A DNA stretch of 64,000 nt from an uncultured Gammaproteobacteria bacterium (lineage in GTDB: Bacteria; Patescibacteriota; Patescibacteriia; UBA9934). The stretch covers positions 54,903 through 118,902 of the forward strand of contig CAZTKG010000003.1 in NCBI GenBank assembly GCA_964613815.1. Reading direction: 5' to 3'. Shown in pieces: positions 1 to 8,797 of this stretch. Within the stretch, counting starts at the first letter, position 1; each line of letters starts with the position of its first letter. The notes under the pieces were generated by a model. It searched no databases. It saw only the letters and a program-made list of their open reading frames with translations, and was not told where the DNA came from. Made by a program: the position numbers and the translations under genes.

Positions 1-1923
1 CTCAGCTGCATGGATCGCTTCTCCAAAATCTAGGTCGATCGTGAGGTCGTAATCCCTAGCGCCCATTTGCTTTTCTACGTGAAGTTGGTAGATCCCTTTT
101 TTGATCGCTTTTGATACGGATTCTGGGAGAAGATATTGATAAGTGACTGTTCGTGATGCTCCTGGTTCAATGGAAGTAAATGCTCCAAAGCTACTGAATC
201 CGAGCTCATCTGTAATTGTGACTTCGTCTGGCGTTTCATCTGGGTTCCAGTATAAGTCACCAATGAGGGTGCCGCTTGCGCCAAGGAATTCACTTCCTTC
301 TGGAACGTAGGCCCGTACGTAGGTTCGGTAGCGTGAGACGGTCTCTGAGAATTCTCCGTTATGGTTATAGGTGATGCTTACGGTCGCCTTGTGACGCTCG
401 TCTTCTACAGGCACGATGCTGTAATTGATCTCGCGCGCGACTACCCCATCCGACTTCAGCGCCCCAAGGTTTGCATCGGCGACCATCAGAAAGTCATCCG
501 CGCTATTTGTCATGGATCCTGCCCATCCCGCATCTTCGAATACGTTCTGCGTGTCTTCATTGAAGCTTGTGAGCGCGATCTTCTTTTGATCAAACCCAGC
601 CACAACTGCCTCTGCGACCCTTGACCAATCCTTTAGCGGCAGTGCGAATAATTCTTTTAAGACGACACCTGTAAGCTCACCTACAACATCCTTTCGATCT
701 TCCCGAGCGATTCCTTGGTCTACGTACGCAAATTCTACGAGATGCTCGAGATCGTCACCTAAGTTCTCTGGCGTGAACGTAACACCGCCCGCCTCGACAG
801 GCCCGATGATTTCTAAGATGTCTTCTGCCATGTTGATACTGAAACCGATGACACCGTGGATTTCTGGAACAGGCTCTTCCGCGACAGAGAGCTCTTGCCG
901 CATAAGATCTACGGCAAATTGACTTGATGTTGGAAAGTCTGGTGACCAGTTTGCGTCTCTGAAGTACCAGTTTTTGAGATTGAGATACTCTGCGAGCGGC
1001 TGAGGTGGCTCGACGCGATAATCCGGGTCTCCGGCAACAAGTCTATCTACAGCGTATGAGTCGTCTATTTTTTGTTCGATGAGCTCACCACCTTGCATGA
1101 GTAAAAGACCATAGACGCCAATAAACCCTCCGCCTGGACGCAGCTCGTTATTGTTCAAGAAGAGGAGTAGCCATTGTCGATCCTCGTCTAGACCCGCGAT
1201 TTCATCAACCGATGCTGCGAATGGAACAAGAAGGTCCATGCCGGCAATGAGCCCCGGGAATAGCTCTTGAAATGGCTCGATCGCCTCGTTTAGCTTTGGG
1301 TGAAGCTCTAGTGCCATGAGCTCGTTAATGTCATCTACCGCAATCTTGAGGTTGACTTGGATTTCCTTGAGATCATCGACCGACCTATGAAGCTCCATGA
1401 GCAGTTCTGCCTTTACCTCTGGACTTATGCTTGCATATGTATCTACTTCTGATAAATCGCCAGCTGGATCGATATGCGCTCGCGCTTCTGTGACGACGCC
1501 ATAGACGTTTGCGATGACCGTAAGCGCGTTTCCGAAAGCCTGCACAGACGCGTCGCTTGCTTCCAATGTGAGGCGCAGCCCGCTTATGTAGTCACCAGCG
1601 AACGGTATCCATTCGGCGAATTTGAGCATATGGATCGCTGAGCGCATTTGCTCGAGACCATTTTGGACGTAGATAATGTTTTCGCTTGCCTCTTCGAAAT
1701 TTAACTCCGTTACCGCATCTTGCGTTTTTGCAAACCACCTGTTCACCTCCACCGCTCCTGATGTAAATCTTCCGACGGCAAATAAAGTAAAAGCCAGTGC
1801 TCCGAGCAGAAGGACACATAGGGACCAAAACACTATACGCTTTTTGCGTCTCTTCTTTGGTCTTGGTTCGTGATGCTGCCCTCCTGCGATGGGTGCGTTA
1901 GGGATCTGAAATAGATCTTCCAT
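1..1923 (-). CDS. DUF4012-domain membrane-anchored protein (partial, runs off the window start)
   Basis: The ORF track does not list it because no stop codon falls inside the window. My manual minus-strand translation from the ATG at 1921-1923 is open to coordinate 1. An N-terminal basic stretch plus one TM (RIVFWSLCVLLLGALAFTLFAV) is followed by LLLFLNNNELRPGGGFIGVYGLLLMQGGEL, which I recognise as the DUF4012 signature. Confidence 0.6.
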   Translation of the reverse strand, partial: MEDLFQIPNAPIAGGQHHEPRPKKRRKKRIVFWSLCVLLLGALAFTLFAVGRFTSGAVEVNRWFAKTQDAVTELNFEEASENIIYVQNGLEQMRSAIHMLKFAEWIPFAGDYISGLRLTLEASDASVQAFGNALTVIANVYGVVTEARAHIDPAGDLSEVDTYASISPEVKAELLMELHRSVDDLKEIQVNLKIAVDDINELMALELHPKLNEAIEPFQELFPGLIAGMDLLVPFAASVDEIAGLDEDRQWLLLFLNNNELRPGGGFIGVYGLLLMQGGELIEQKIDDSYAVDRLVAGDPDYRVEPPQPLAEYLNLKNWYFRDANWSPDFPTSSQFAVDLMRQELSVAEEPVPEIHGVIGFSINMAEDILEIIGPVEAGGVTFTPENLGDDLEHLVEFAYVDQGIAREDRKDVVGELTGVVLKELFALPLKDWSRVAEAVVAGFDQKKIALTSFNEDTQNVFEDAGWAGSMTNSADDFLMVADANLGALKSDGVVAREINYSIVPVEDERHKATVSITYNHNGEFSETVSRYRTYVRAYVPEGSEFLGASGTLIGDLYWNPDETPDEVTITDELGFSSFGAFTSIEPGASRTVTYQYLLPESVSKAIKKGIYQLHVEKQMGARDYDLTIDLDFGEAIHAAE

Positions 1924-2761
1924 GTTGACTATGTGCTAACCTTGGATTTTCTTTGTCTTTGTACTTTTTGTAGTACCTGAGAAAGCTCTGGATTTGAATC
2001 CAGGCAAATCTATTTGTGAGTTGACTGAGAAGCCCCCCTTTTGCCGATGCTCTTCCGTGATAATGCATCATTGTTGCCATTGGCATGTAGACGACGCGGA
2101 ATCCATTTTCCCAGAACCTTCTACACAAATCATTGTCTTCATAATACATGAAAAATTGCTCGTCGAACAAACCGACCTGATCCAAGTGTGCCCGCCTTGT
2201 GAAAAGCGCCGCACCCATCAGGGAGTCAACATTTATGATCTCATTGTGACTAACGTCTTGCATCAGATATTCTTCCACTGCCGCACTTGCGTGCGGGAGC
2301 TTTCCGAGAAACGTTCTTCGATATGCCGGAAGCATAAACGTCGGCTGACGAACACACGAGTATTGCAGTGATCCGTCCGGGTTTGTGAGCTTAGGACCGG
2401 CGATTCCAACGTCTGCGTTGTCGTCCATGAATGCCTTGAGCTCGTCGAGCGCACCTGGTGAGACAACGATGTCCGGGTTGAATATTAGGACGTACTCCCC
2501 TTTTGCGATGTTTATTCCTTGATTCATCGCCCCGCCGAAGCCAAGGTTTTTTGCTTGTGGGAGATGCCGGATCCAAGGGAATTCTTTTTTGAGCATTTCT
2601 GCGACGCCAGCTGGAGGATTGTTGTCGATAATGATGATTTCGTAGGCGCACCTTGGAGCAGAACGAACAATCCCTCGAAGCGTTTGCCTCAGGGATTTTT
2701 TCTTGAATGTATGGACGATGAGAATACTTACATCGACGTTACGTGCTCTTTTGGCCGACAT
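1898..2761 (-). CDS. GT2-family glycosyltransferase (GT-A fold)
   Basis: 287 aa. N-terminal YEIIIIDNNPP and FNPDIVV DxD-like motifs are typical of WcaA/rhamnosyltransferase-like GT2. It sits in tandem with a second GT2. Confidence 0.8.
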   Translation of the reverse strand: MSAKRARNVDVSILIVHTFKKKSLRQTLRGIVRSAPRCAYEIIIIDNNPPAGVAEMLKKEFPWIRHLPQAKNLGFGGAMNQGINIAKGEYVLIFNPDIVVSPGALDELKAFMDDNADVGIAGPKLTNPDGSLQYSCVRQPTFMLPAYRRTFLGKLPHASAAVEEYLMQDVSHNEIINVDSLMGAALFTRRAHLDQVGLFDEQFFMYYEDNDLCRRFWENGFRVVYMPMATMMHYHGRASAKGGLLSQLTNRFAWIQIQSFLRYYKKYKDKENPRLAHSQHGRSISDP

Positions 2762-3791
2762 ATGTTCGTAATTCAGCCTCTGAAGTCCTTTTATTCTTAA
2801 AGATGTGACGCCTTTTCTTTAGCATTTTTGGCAATAATTTGCCAATTTGCAGAAGGCGCCTTCTTGTTTCCGGCTCAAAGATAGCTCCGTACATCATGCG
2901 ACCACCTTGACCAAGAATGATCCATGGAGCATGAATGATTGCGGTTGATAGAGCGAGATTTTTTATGAGCATCAATGCCTGATTGCGTGTTGATAGCGCA
3001 GCGAAGAATGGGCGCTGCGTTCTGCGGTTCTTGAGGCGATCTTTGAGGGACTGTTTTTCTTTCCCGTACATCCCTCGGTAGTGGTACGCGACGGCTTTTG
3101 GAGCGAATCTGGTTTGATGTCCTTTTCTGGCAAGACGCATGGCAAGGTCACAGTCTTCTTTGTAAGTAAAAAACTCTGCATCTAGCCATTCTTTTTGGTA
3201 TCTAATATCTTGCAAAGCCTCTTTTTTGATCAGTGCCATCGCAAGCGAGGCACCGAAAAGTGTTTTTTTGAGATCGTACTGACCCCTATCTACCTCTCCC
3301 GCTCCGCGATCGGTGAAACGCCAACCCTTCCATGGTGTGAGCCCTGTTGAATCAATGATGTCGGATTTTACCGTTGTACGAAGAGATTCGTCTCCAGCGT
3401 TTTCGTAGAAACACCGGAGAAGCTTTGGCTGGATAACGCTTATGCTATTTGATGATTTGATCGCCTTAACCATCTCTTCCACTGCTGTCGGTTGAAGAAT
3501 GAGGTCCGCGTTCAGGAATAGTACCGCCGATTCTTCATCGTCATCCTGAATGCGGCTCATGGTGTGTTCAAGGAGTTGGTTGTGACCACCGGCGAAGCCG
3601 AGGTTTTTTGCGTGTCTTCCAGCGAGAGCTCTTGGGTATTTTTCTCGGATGAATTGCGGGGAACCGTCTGTACTTCCATTGTCAAAAACCCGTACAACGA
3701 GGTTTTGATAGGTTTGCGCCTCAAGGGACTCGAAGAGGTCTTCGAGGTAGTCTTTTTCGTTCCAGGTGAGGATATGGGCATAGACTCTCAT
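2739..3791 (-). CDS. GT2-family glycosyltransferase
   Basis: 350 aa with VRVFDNGSTDGS and ADLIL motifs, a GT-A fold. It overlaps its downstream neighbour by 23 nt. Confidence 0.75.
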   Translation of the reverse strand: MRVYAHILTWNEKDYLEDLFESLEAQTYQNLVVRVFDNGSTDGSPQFIREKYPRALAGRHAKNLGFAGGHNQLLEHTMSRIQDDDEESAVLFLNADLILQPTAVEEMVKAIKSSNSISVIQPKLLRCFYENAGDESLRTTVKSDIIDSTGLTPWKGWRFTDRGAGEVDRGQYDLKKTLFGASLAMALIKKEALQDIRYQKEWLDAEFFTYKEDCDLAMRLARKGHQTRFAPKAVAYHYRGMYGKEKQSLKDRLKNRRTQRPFFAALSTRNQALMLIKNLALSTAIIHAPWIILGQGGRMMYGAIFEPETRRRLLQIGKLLPKMLKKRRHIFKNKRTSEAELRTYVGQKST

Positions 3792-3858
3792 GAGGAAGAG
3801 TGTACCCTGAGTTTTGTAAATAAAAAAGTACCTGCTGCGTGGAGCAGACAGGTCGGAC

Positions 3859-4167
3859 CTAGTGGCGCTCGTGGCAGCGCTTGGTGGTGCCCTTCACCTT
3901 GTGGGTGTGGACAGGCGCTGTGCGGGCCGGGACGTGACGCGGCACTGGGCGCTTGGCGATCTTGCGCGGCGGCGGCGGCGCTGGACGCGCGGCGGGGACG
4001 ACGGTGGCACCAGGGATGAGGACTGGCACAGCGATGCAAGTGACCGCTCCTGGGATGAGGAGAGGTGTGCAGGTCTGGATAGTGACCCTGGCAGCCGCGG
4101 CCGTGCCCGGGCCAGCGAAGACGATTCCGAAAATCGAAAACGCCAAGATTGAACGAAGAAGACTCAT
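3859..4167 (-). CDS. small secreted Cys/Pro-rich repeat peptide (hypothetical)
   Basis: GGAGG sits 8 nt upstream of the second Met (TTTGGAGGAACTCATG). A signal-peptide-like N-terminus (MSLLRSILAFSIFGIVFAGPGTAAAA) precedes a tandem LIPGA(V/T)T repeat and a basic, Pro-rich tail. The DNA is much more GC-rich than its surroundings. Confidence 0.35.
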   Translation of the reverse strand: MSLLRSILAFSIFGIVFAGPGTAAAARVTIQTCTPLLIPGAVTCIAVPVLIPGATVVPAARPAPPPPRKIAKRPVPRHVPARTAPVHTHKVKGTTKRCHERH

Positions 4168-4222
4168 GAGTTCCTCCAAATGACAGCGCTGGCGTGCGCC
4201 GCCTTCCTAAGACTAGGATACC

Positions 4223-5704
4223 CTATCCTTTCTTTTTTGTTACGTTGAAGCCAAGATATTTTCCGAGCATGAAGCGGGTTTGCGCATCTATTGCTGGGAA
4301 TGCGCCAAAAACGACGAATGTGATTGGGAGAAGTGCCCATTGTGCAATCATGACGATCCAATTTCGCCTGTGCTTACCATGCGGGCGATGTGGGAGGAGG
4401 AAAAGGCTGAGAATGGCAGAGGCAAATACCCCCAGTGTCGCAATCTGCATCATGAATTGAAGGGTGAATGGGGAGTTTGTGATGATGGATTCGGTGGAAT
4501 TTTGTGCGATGAAAAACGGGAGGTAGCCTAACACAAAAATCAGCATTGGCGCGGATGCCCAGGTGTACATTCCTTCGATATGATTGAAGATGTATTTGAG
4601 TTTTTTAAGCCTCGGGATGAGTGGCTTGTTTTTGAATTGCGTCATCATGTACGGAAGGTGCTCTACGCCCCAGGCCCATCTGCGTTGCTGCTTGTAGAGG
4701 GCCTTGAGTCCGTCCAGATATGACTCTCCCTCGACAGCATCCATGTGAACGGGGATGAATAGCGGCTCTACCCGATAGTCGCCGTCGTAATGCAGGAGGC
4801 CTTGCATGAAGATTCTGGAGTCTTCGGAAACAAGGTCCGGCTCCCAGAAGCCAACATCGACGAGCATCTGCCATGACATGGAGTGGGAGGAAAATGTCCA
4901 AAGCCGTTCTGGGCGCATAAGCTCACTCATGAGCCAGAATGTTGTTCCAAATGCGGCGACACGTACTGGAGCTGATGACTCCCAAATATTGTTCGAAAAG
5001 AGGACTACTGGTTGGTACGAGGCCCTGAGCGGATCTTTTACGGTCAGAAATGCGTGCGCGAGGCGAGCCAAGTATTGTGGGTGCGGGATTGTGTCGACGT
5101 CGAACGCTGATACGATGATGTTCTCGTAAGGAATGTTTGCGCTATCAATGTCGACCTTTGCTTTTTCTGCTACCCACTTCAGGTTTGAACCCTTCCCGGG
5201 GATCTCCCCTTCTAAGCCTTTTGGATGTAATGTGAAGTTTAGTGATGCAAATACTCCTGAAAACTCCTTTGTTAGCTCTTTTTTATGACTTTCGAACTGT
5301 TCCTTGTCCCCCTCTTCCCCGCCAACATAGACGTGGATCTTTTTGTTTGGGTATGAGGAAGCATCTAAAGATTTCAGCGCCTTTCTGAGGATCGTAATGC
5401 CTTCTTTGTAGGTTGGGAGAAATATTACATGCTCGATTCGTCCCCAGTCCTTAATTTCTTCTACTTTTTGAAGCCAATCTGTAGAGCGCTCGCGTTTGAA
5501 GTTTTTGTAGGCGACTGAAAGATAAATAAGGAAGTAGAGCACCCTAAGCGCCCAGTATAGATCAAAAATGATGATGAATACTGCCGCAGCCACTGGGTAA
5601 AAAAATGAAGCTCCGAGGGCTAAGATGAATGTTGACCAAATAAGGAAGCCGGGGACGACTTCCCAAAATCTATTCTTTCCATACTGGCCAAACGTGGTTG
5701 CCAT
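4223..5704 (-). CDS. processive membrane GT2 beta-glycosyltransferase (cellulose/chitin/hyaluronan-synthase-like)
   Basis: 493 aa with two N-terminal TMs, a DxD (FDVDTIPHP), the QQRRW motif (QxxRW of processive GT2 synthases) and a C-terminal TM bundle. Confidence 0.75.
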   Translation of the reverse strand: MATTFGQYGKNRFWEVVPGFLIWSTFILALGASFFYPVAAAVFIIIFDLYWALRVLYFLIYLSVAYKNFKRERSTDWLQKVEEIKDWGRIEHVIFLPTYKEGITILRKALKSLDASSYPNKKIHVYVGGEEGDKEQFESHKKELTKEFSGVFASLNFTLHPKGLEGEIPGKGSNLKWVAEKAKVDIDSANIPYENIIVSAFDVDTIPHPQYLARLAHAFLTVKDPLRASYQPVVLFSNNIWESSAPVRVAAFGTTFWLMSELMRPERLWTFSSHSMSWQMLVDVGFWEPDLVSEDSRIFMQGLLHYDGDYRVEPLFIPVHMDAVEGESYLDGLKALYKQQRRWAWGVEHLPYMMTQFKNKPLIPRLKKLKYIFNHIEGMYTWASAPMLIFVLGYLPFFIAQNSTESIITNSPFTLQFMMQIATLGVFASAILSLFLLPHRPHGKHRRNWIVMIAQWALLPITFVVFGAFPAIDAQTRFMLGKYLGFNVTKKKG

Positions 5705-5738
5705 AAGGTAAGGACGCTAGCACAAATCTGTCCTTTTA

Positions 5739-6659
5739 TCAAGTCTTGAGATAGCGACGCATCGCAAGATATGTCGTTGCCGTGCTGAGGAGGAAGAATC
5801 CAATAAACTGCGCGCCAAATAGCTCGATCGCGTAAGTATTGAAGTACCCTGTAAAATCTATTGCTACATCTCCAAAGAATTTATGCACCCAGATGTCGAA
5901 TGTATCAAGTGATAGGTAGACCCCGAGCGCGACAGCACCAACGGAGAAGACGCTATAGATGAATGCCTCGATGATGAACGGGGCTCGCACAAACCAGTTT
6001 CCCGCTCCGACAAGCTTCATGATGCCGATCTCATCCCTGTGGATGTAGATAGCGACTCGAATCGTGTTAAAGACGATGAGCGCCGTCATGACGATAAAAA
6101 ATGCGATAAGGCCAACGCCTGCGATACGAACGCGTTCAGAAAGCGTTTCAATTCGCTCGATGACTAGCTCGTAATCTTCGTAATCCTTCTCTTTTATGTG
6201 CGGTGAAAATTCCGGCGTCTCTACCGCCTCAAGGATGAGCGCGAAGTCTTCAGCAGATTCGGATGAAATGACAAGCGCATCTCCGAATGGGTTTGTCCCG
6301 ATCTCTTCCAAGGAAGAGAGAATGGTGTCATCCCCCGCATAACGCTCTTGGAATATCGCAAGCGCATCCTCGGCTGTTATTACCCTTGCCTCGCGAACCT
6401 GAGCTAAATCCTGTACGTATGCCTGTGCGGCACTCACGATGTCCTCTGGAGTTTCCGGCTGAAAGTAGACGAGAATCTCGATCTTTTCCTCGACTGACTC
6501 GAGAGCTGCATCTGCGATAACATTAATGAATACGACAACATTTATGGTTACGAGCGTGAGAACGAAGATAGAAAATGTCACCAATGAAAGCCAAAAATTC
6601 CGGAAAATGTTCTGGATAGCGAATTTGATGACGCGAAATATTGAGAGAAAGAAGCTCAT
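5739..6659 (-). CDS. ftsX: FtsX-like permease
   Basis: 306 aa with an N-terminal TM, a large extracytoplasmic loop and three C-terminal TMs. It overlaps ftsE by 4 nt. Confidence 0.75.
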   Translation of the reverse strand: MSFFLSIFRVIKFAIQNIFRNFWLSLVTFSIFVLTLVTINVVVFINVIADAALESVEEKIEILVYFQPETPEDIVSAAQAYVQDLAQVREARVITAEDALAIFQERYAGDDTILSSLEEIGTNPFGDALVISSESAEDFALILEAVETPEFSPHIKEKDYEDYELVIERIETLSERVRIAGVGLIAFFIVMTALIVFNTIRVAIYIHRDEIGIMKLVGAGNWFVRAPFIIEAFIYSVFSVGAVALGVYLSLDTFDIWVHKFFGDVAIDFTGYFNTYAIELFGAQFIGFFLLSTATTYLAMRRYLKT

Positions 6660-7339
6660 GAGAGGACGTATTTACCGCGCTCAACATCTGAGACAACCTT
6701 TCCGCCTCCGATGGTGACAACGCGCTTCTTGAGAGAGTTTACGATGTCTCGGTCATGCGTCACGAGAACGATCGTCGTTCCGTATTCGTTGATTTTTTTG
6801 AGGAGCTGAATGATTTCTTGCGCGTGGATCGCGTCTAGGTTTCCGGTAGGCTCGTCTGCAACCAGGATCTTTGGACTGTGCACAAGGGCGCGCGCGATGG
6901 AGACGCGCTGGCGCTCCCCGCCGGAGAGCTGGTTTGGGTAGCGCTGTATTTTGTCTGCAAGCCCAACGATTTTGAGGACTGACGGGACGACTTCTTTGAT
7001 GTATTTCCTGCCCGCTCCCGCAACCTGGAGCGCGAACTCGACATTTTCGAATACGGTTTTGCGAGGAAGGAGCTTGTAATCCTGAAACACGAAACCGATT
7101 TGCTTGCGCAGCGTTGGTATTTCGCTTTGACGGATCTTTGTAATATCCCAGTCTCCGACGATGATCCGCCCCTTTGTTGCACGCTCTTCCGCGAGGAGAA
7201 GCTTTGCTAGCGTTGTTTTACCTGATCCACTTTGACCGACAACCGAAACGAATTCGCCTGGCTTGATGTGGAGACTTACGTTTTTGAGTGCGCAGGTCTT
7301 TGGTTTGTAGAACTTTGTGACGTTCTTGAAGTGAATCAT
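6656..7339 (-). CDS. ftsE: cell-division ABC ATPase FtsE
   Basis: Walker A GQSGSGKTT, LSGGERQR signature, Walker B ILVADEPTGNLD. The protein is globally FtsE-like. Confidence 0.85.
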   Translation of the reverse strand: MIHFKNVTKFYKPKTCALKNVSLHIKPGEFVSVVGQSGSGKTTLAKLLLAEERATKGRIIVGDWDITKIRQSEIPTLRKQIGFVFQDYKLLPRKTVFENVEFALQVAGAGRKYIKEVVPSVLKIVGLADKIQRYPNQLSGGERQRVSIARALVHSPKILVADEPTGNLDAIHAQEIIQLLKKINEYGTTIVLVTHDRDIVNSLKKRVVTIGGGKVVSDVERGKYVLS

Positions 7340-7407
7340 ATGGTGGATTGATTATAGCAGATGCGGTTTGTCAAAGAAAAAAGCCCAGCTTGTGCTGAGA
7401 TTTTTTC

Positions 7408-7482
7408 TGGAGCCATTGGGCGGATTTGAACCGCCGGCCTATGCTTTACGAAAGCATTGCTCTACCCCTGAGCTACAATGGC
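7408..7482 (-). tRNA. tRNA-Thr (anticodon CGU)
   Basis: Reverse complement GCCATTGTAGCTCAGGGGTAGAGCAATGCTTTCGTAAAGCATAGGCCGGCGGTTCAAATCCGCCCAATGGCTCCA folds as a cloverleaf. Anticodon loop TTCGTAA, with an encoded CCA. Confidence 0.8.
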
Positions 7483-7499
7483 ATCAGACTTGTTAAAAT

Positions 7500-7730
7500 G
7501 CCGTGTCATCGTTCTTTTTCTCCGCTTCTCGACTACGTACCATTAGTACGTCTTACTGCGATGCTCGAAAGAAGAACGATGACACGGCATTTTCCCTGCG
7601 TCTGGGTCTTTGCCAGTGCGATGTCATCATTCTTTTTCTCCGCTTCTCGACTACGTACCATTAGTACGTCTTACTGCGATGCTCGAAAGAAGAACGATGA
7701 CACGGCATTTTCCCTGCGTCTGGGTCTTTG
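7500..7730. repeat. tandem duplication (about 112 + 118 nt) of a long-hairpin element
   Basis: Copy 1 has perfect arms gccgtgtcatcgttcttt / aaagaagaacgatgacacggc around a roughly 50-nt loop that contains an inner acgtac/gtacgt hairpin. Copy 2 is identical except for 3 substitutions in the left arm. Both end in attttccctgcgtctgggtctttg. Confidence 0.6.
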
Positions 7731-7767
7731 TGGGGTCTATGCTAGCTGAAACTGCGCTTTTCTTCAA

Positions 7768-8796
7768 CTACTCGGCTATGACCATGTAGTATGTACCGTT
7801 TGATGATCTTGTAACACCCGGATCCGCACCTGCGATAATCCACTCTACCGAGCTGAAAACGCCGACGTTGTTTGTGCATGATCTCCCGATCTGCCCTGAT
7901 TTTGTTCCGTAGAACAACATACGGCATTCGTCATTTTTTTCGCCCCGCAGCGTTGATCCGAGTTGGTACATTTCCAAGCTCGATTCTTCGGAGACGCCCC
8001 CTATCTCCCACTTTGATGAACTCTTATCTGTATCTATTTGCATCACGTAGTTGACCGTCTCTCGCGCCTTCATCGCTTCGGGTGACGCCATGTAAACCAG
8101 CAACCAGTCTCCATTCATGATCGCGGATGGGTCCATGTATGCCTCCTGATCTTGATCGTCGCACCAGAGAACACCCTCTATGTCCTGGAATGTTCCGTCA
8201 ATGCCGCCATCTGACAGCGCCACTGAAATGCATGGCTGCGCTTTTCCTGGTGGGCGGACGGTGTAAACAAGTGCTAGGTCGCCGTCAATTTCTATAAGTG
8301 TCGGGTCAAATCCGTTGAAGATATTTTTACCCTGGACATCGATCGGATTTGGCCCGTCGATCACATCGCCATCTTCGCTTATGATGGTGTACGCCATCCT
8401 TCCGCAGAGATCTGACGTATCCATGAATGACTGATGCGTCACGATGAGCTCGTCGTTGTATTCGATGATGTGCGGCACACTTGATTCACCATGAACACTC
8501 CCAACATGATCGAAGTTCATGCCATTGTTTGATGTATATAAAATGAGTTCATCGTTTGGCGCGGCAGATGGACAATCTACGGCAACGATCTGCTCTTCGG
8601 ATCCTAACTCGAGCTCTTCATCGGATTCTTCCTCCTGTACCTGTTCTTGCGCCTCTTCTATCTGCTCGGCCGTGGCATCTTGCTCTGGCGCAGGCTCTTC
8701 CTGTGTTGTTGCCGATGTTTGCAAAAGCGCTATGAGCACAATGGCAGCAATAAATGATGCGGCCGAGATAAACATGAACTGATGTGCGTTTTTCAT
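7768..8796 (-). CDS. hypothetical secreted/membrane-anchored protein with an acidic low-complexity linker
   Basis: N-terminal TM, a Glu/Gln-rich linker, then a Gly/Asp-rich globular domain that may be a beta-propeller. No motif recognised. Confidence 0.45.
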   Translation of the reverse strand: MKNAHQFMFISAASFIAAIVLIALLQTSATTQEEPAPEQDATAEQIEEAQEQVQEEESDEELELGSEEQIVAVDCPSAAPNDELILYTSNNGMNFDHVGSVHGESSVPHIIEYNDELIVTHQSFMDTSDLCGRMAYTIISEDGDVIDGPNPIDVQGKNIFNGFDPTLIEIDGDLALVYTVRPPGKAQPCISVALSDGGIDGTFQDIEGVLWCDDQDQEAYMDPSAIMNGDWLLVYMASPEAMKARETVNYVMQIDTDKSSSKWEIGGVSEESSLEMYQLGSTLRGEKNDECRMLFYGTKSGQIGRSCTNNVGVFSSVEWIIAGADPGVTRSSNGTYYMVIAE

Positions 8797-8797
8797 A

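Noticed and set aside
3564-4183. Alternative-frame ORFs across the GC-rich block (3564..4019 +, 3788..4039 -, 3862..4152 +, 3953..4183 +).
   Set aside because: They are mutually overlapping, Arg/Gly/Ala-rich readings expected from about 70% GC DNA. Only the minus-strand frame reported has an RBS, a signal-peptide-like start and operon polarity.
7500-7730. Possibility that the tandem repeats are a mini CRISPR array.
   Set aside because: - Only two units of about 115 nt are present.
- They are directly abutting with no unique spacers.
- Each unit is itself a long hairpin, whereas CRISPR repeats are 24-48 nt and separated by spacers.
7426-7749. ORF 7426..7749 (+, 107 aa).
   Set aside because: It runs antisense through tRNA-Thr and across both copies of the hairpin repeat, and its internal repeat (…FFSASRLRTISTSYCDARKKNDD…) only mirrors the DNA duplication. 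No RBS is present.
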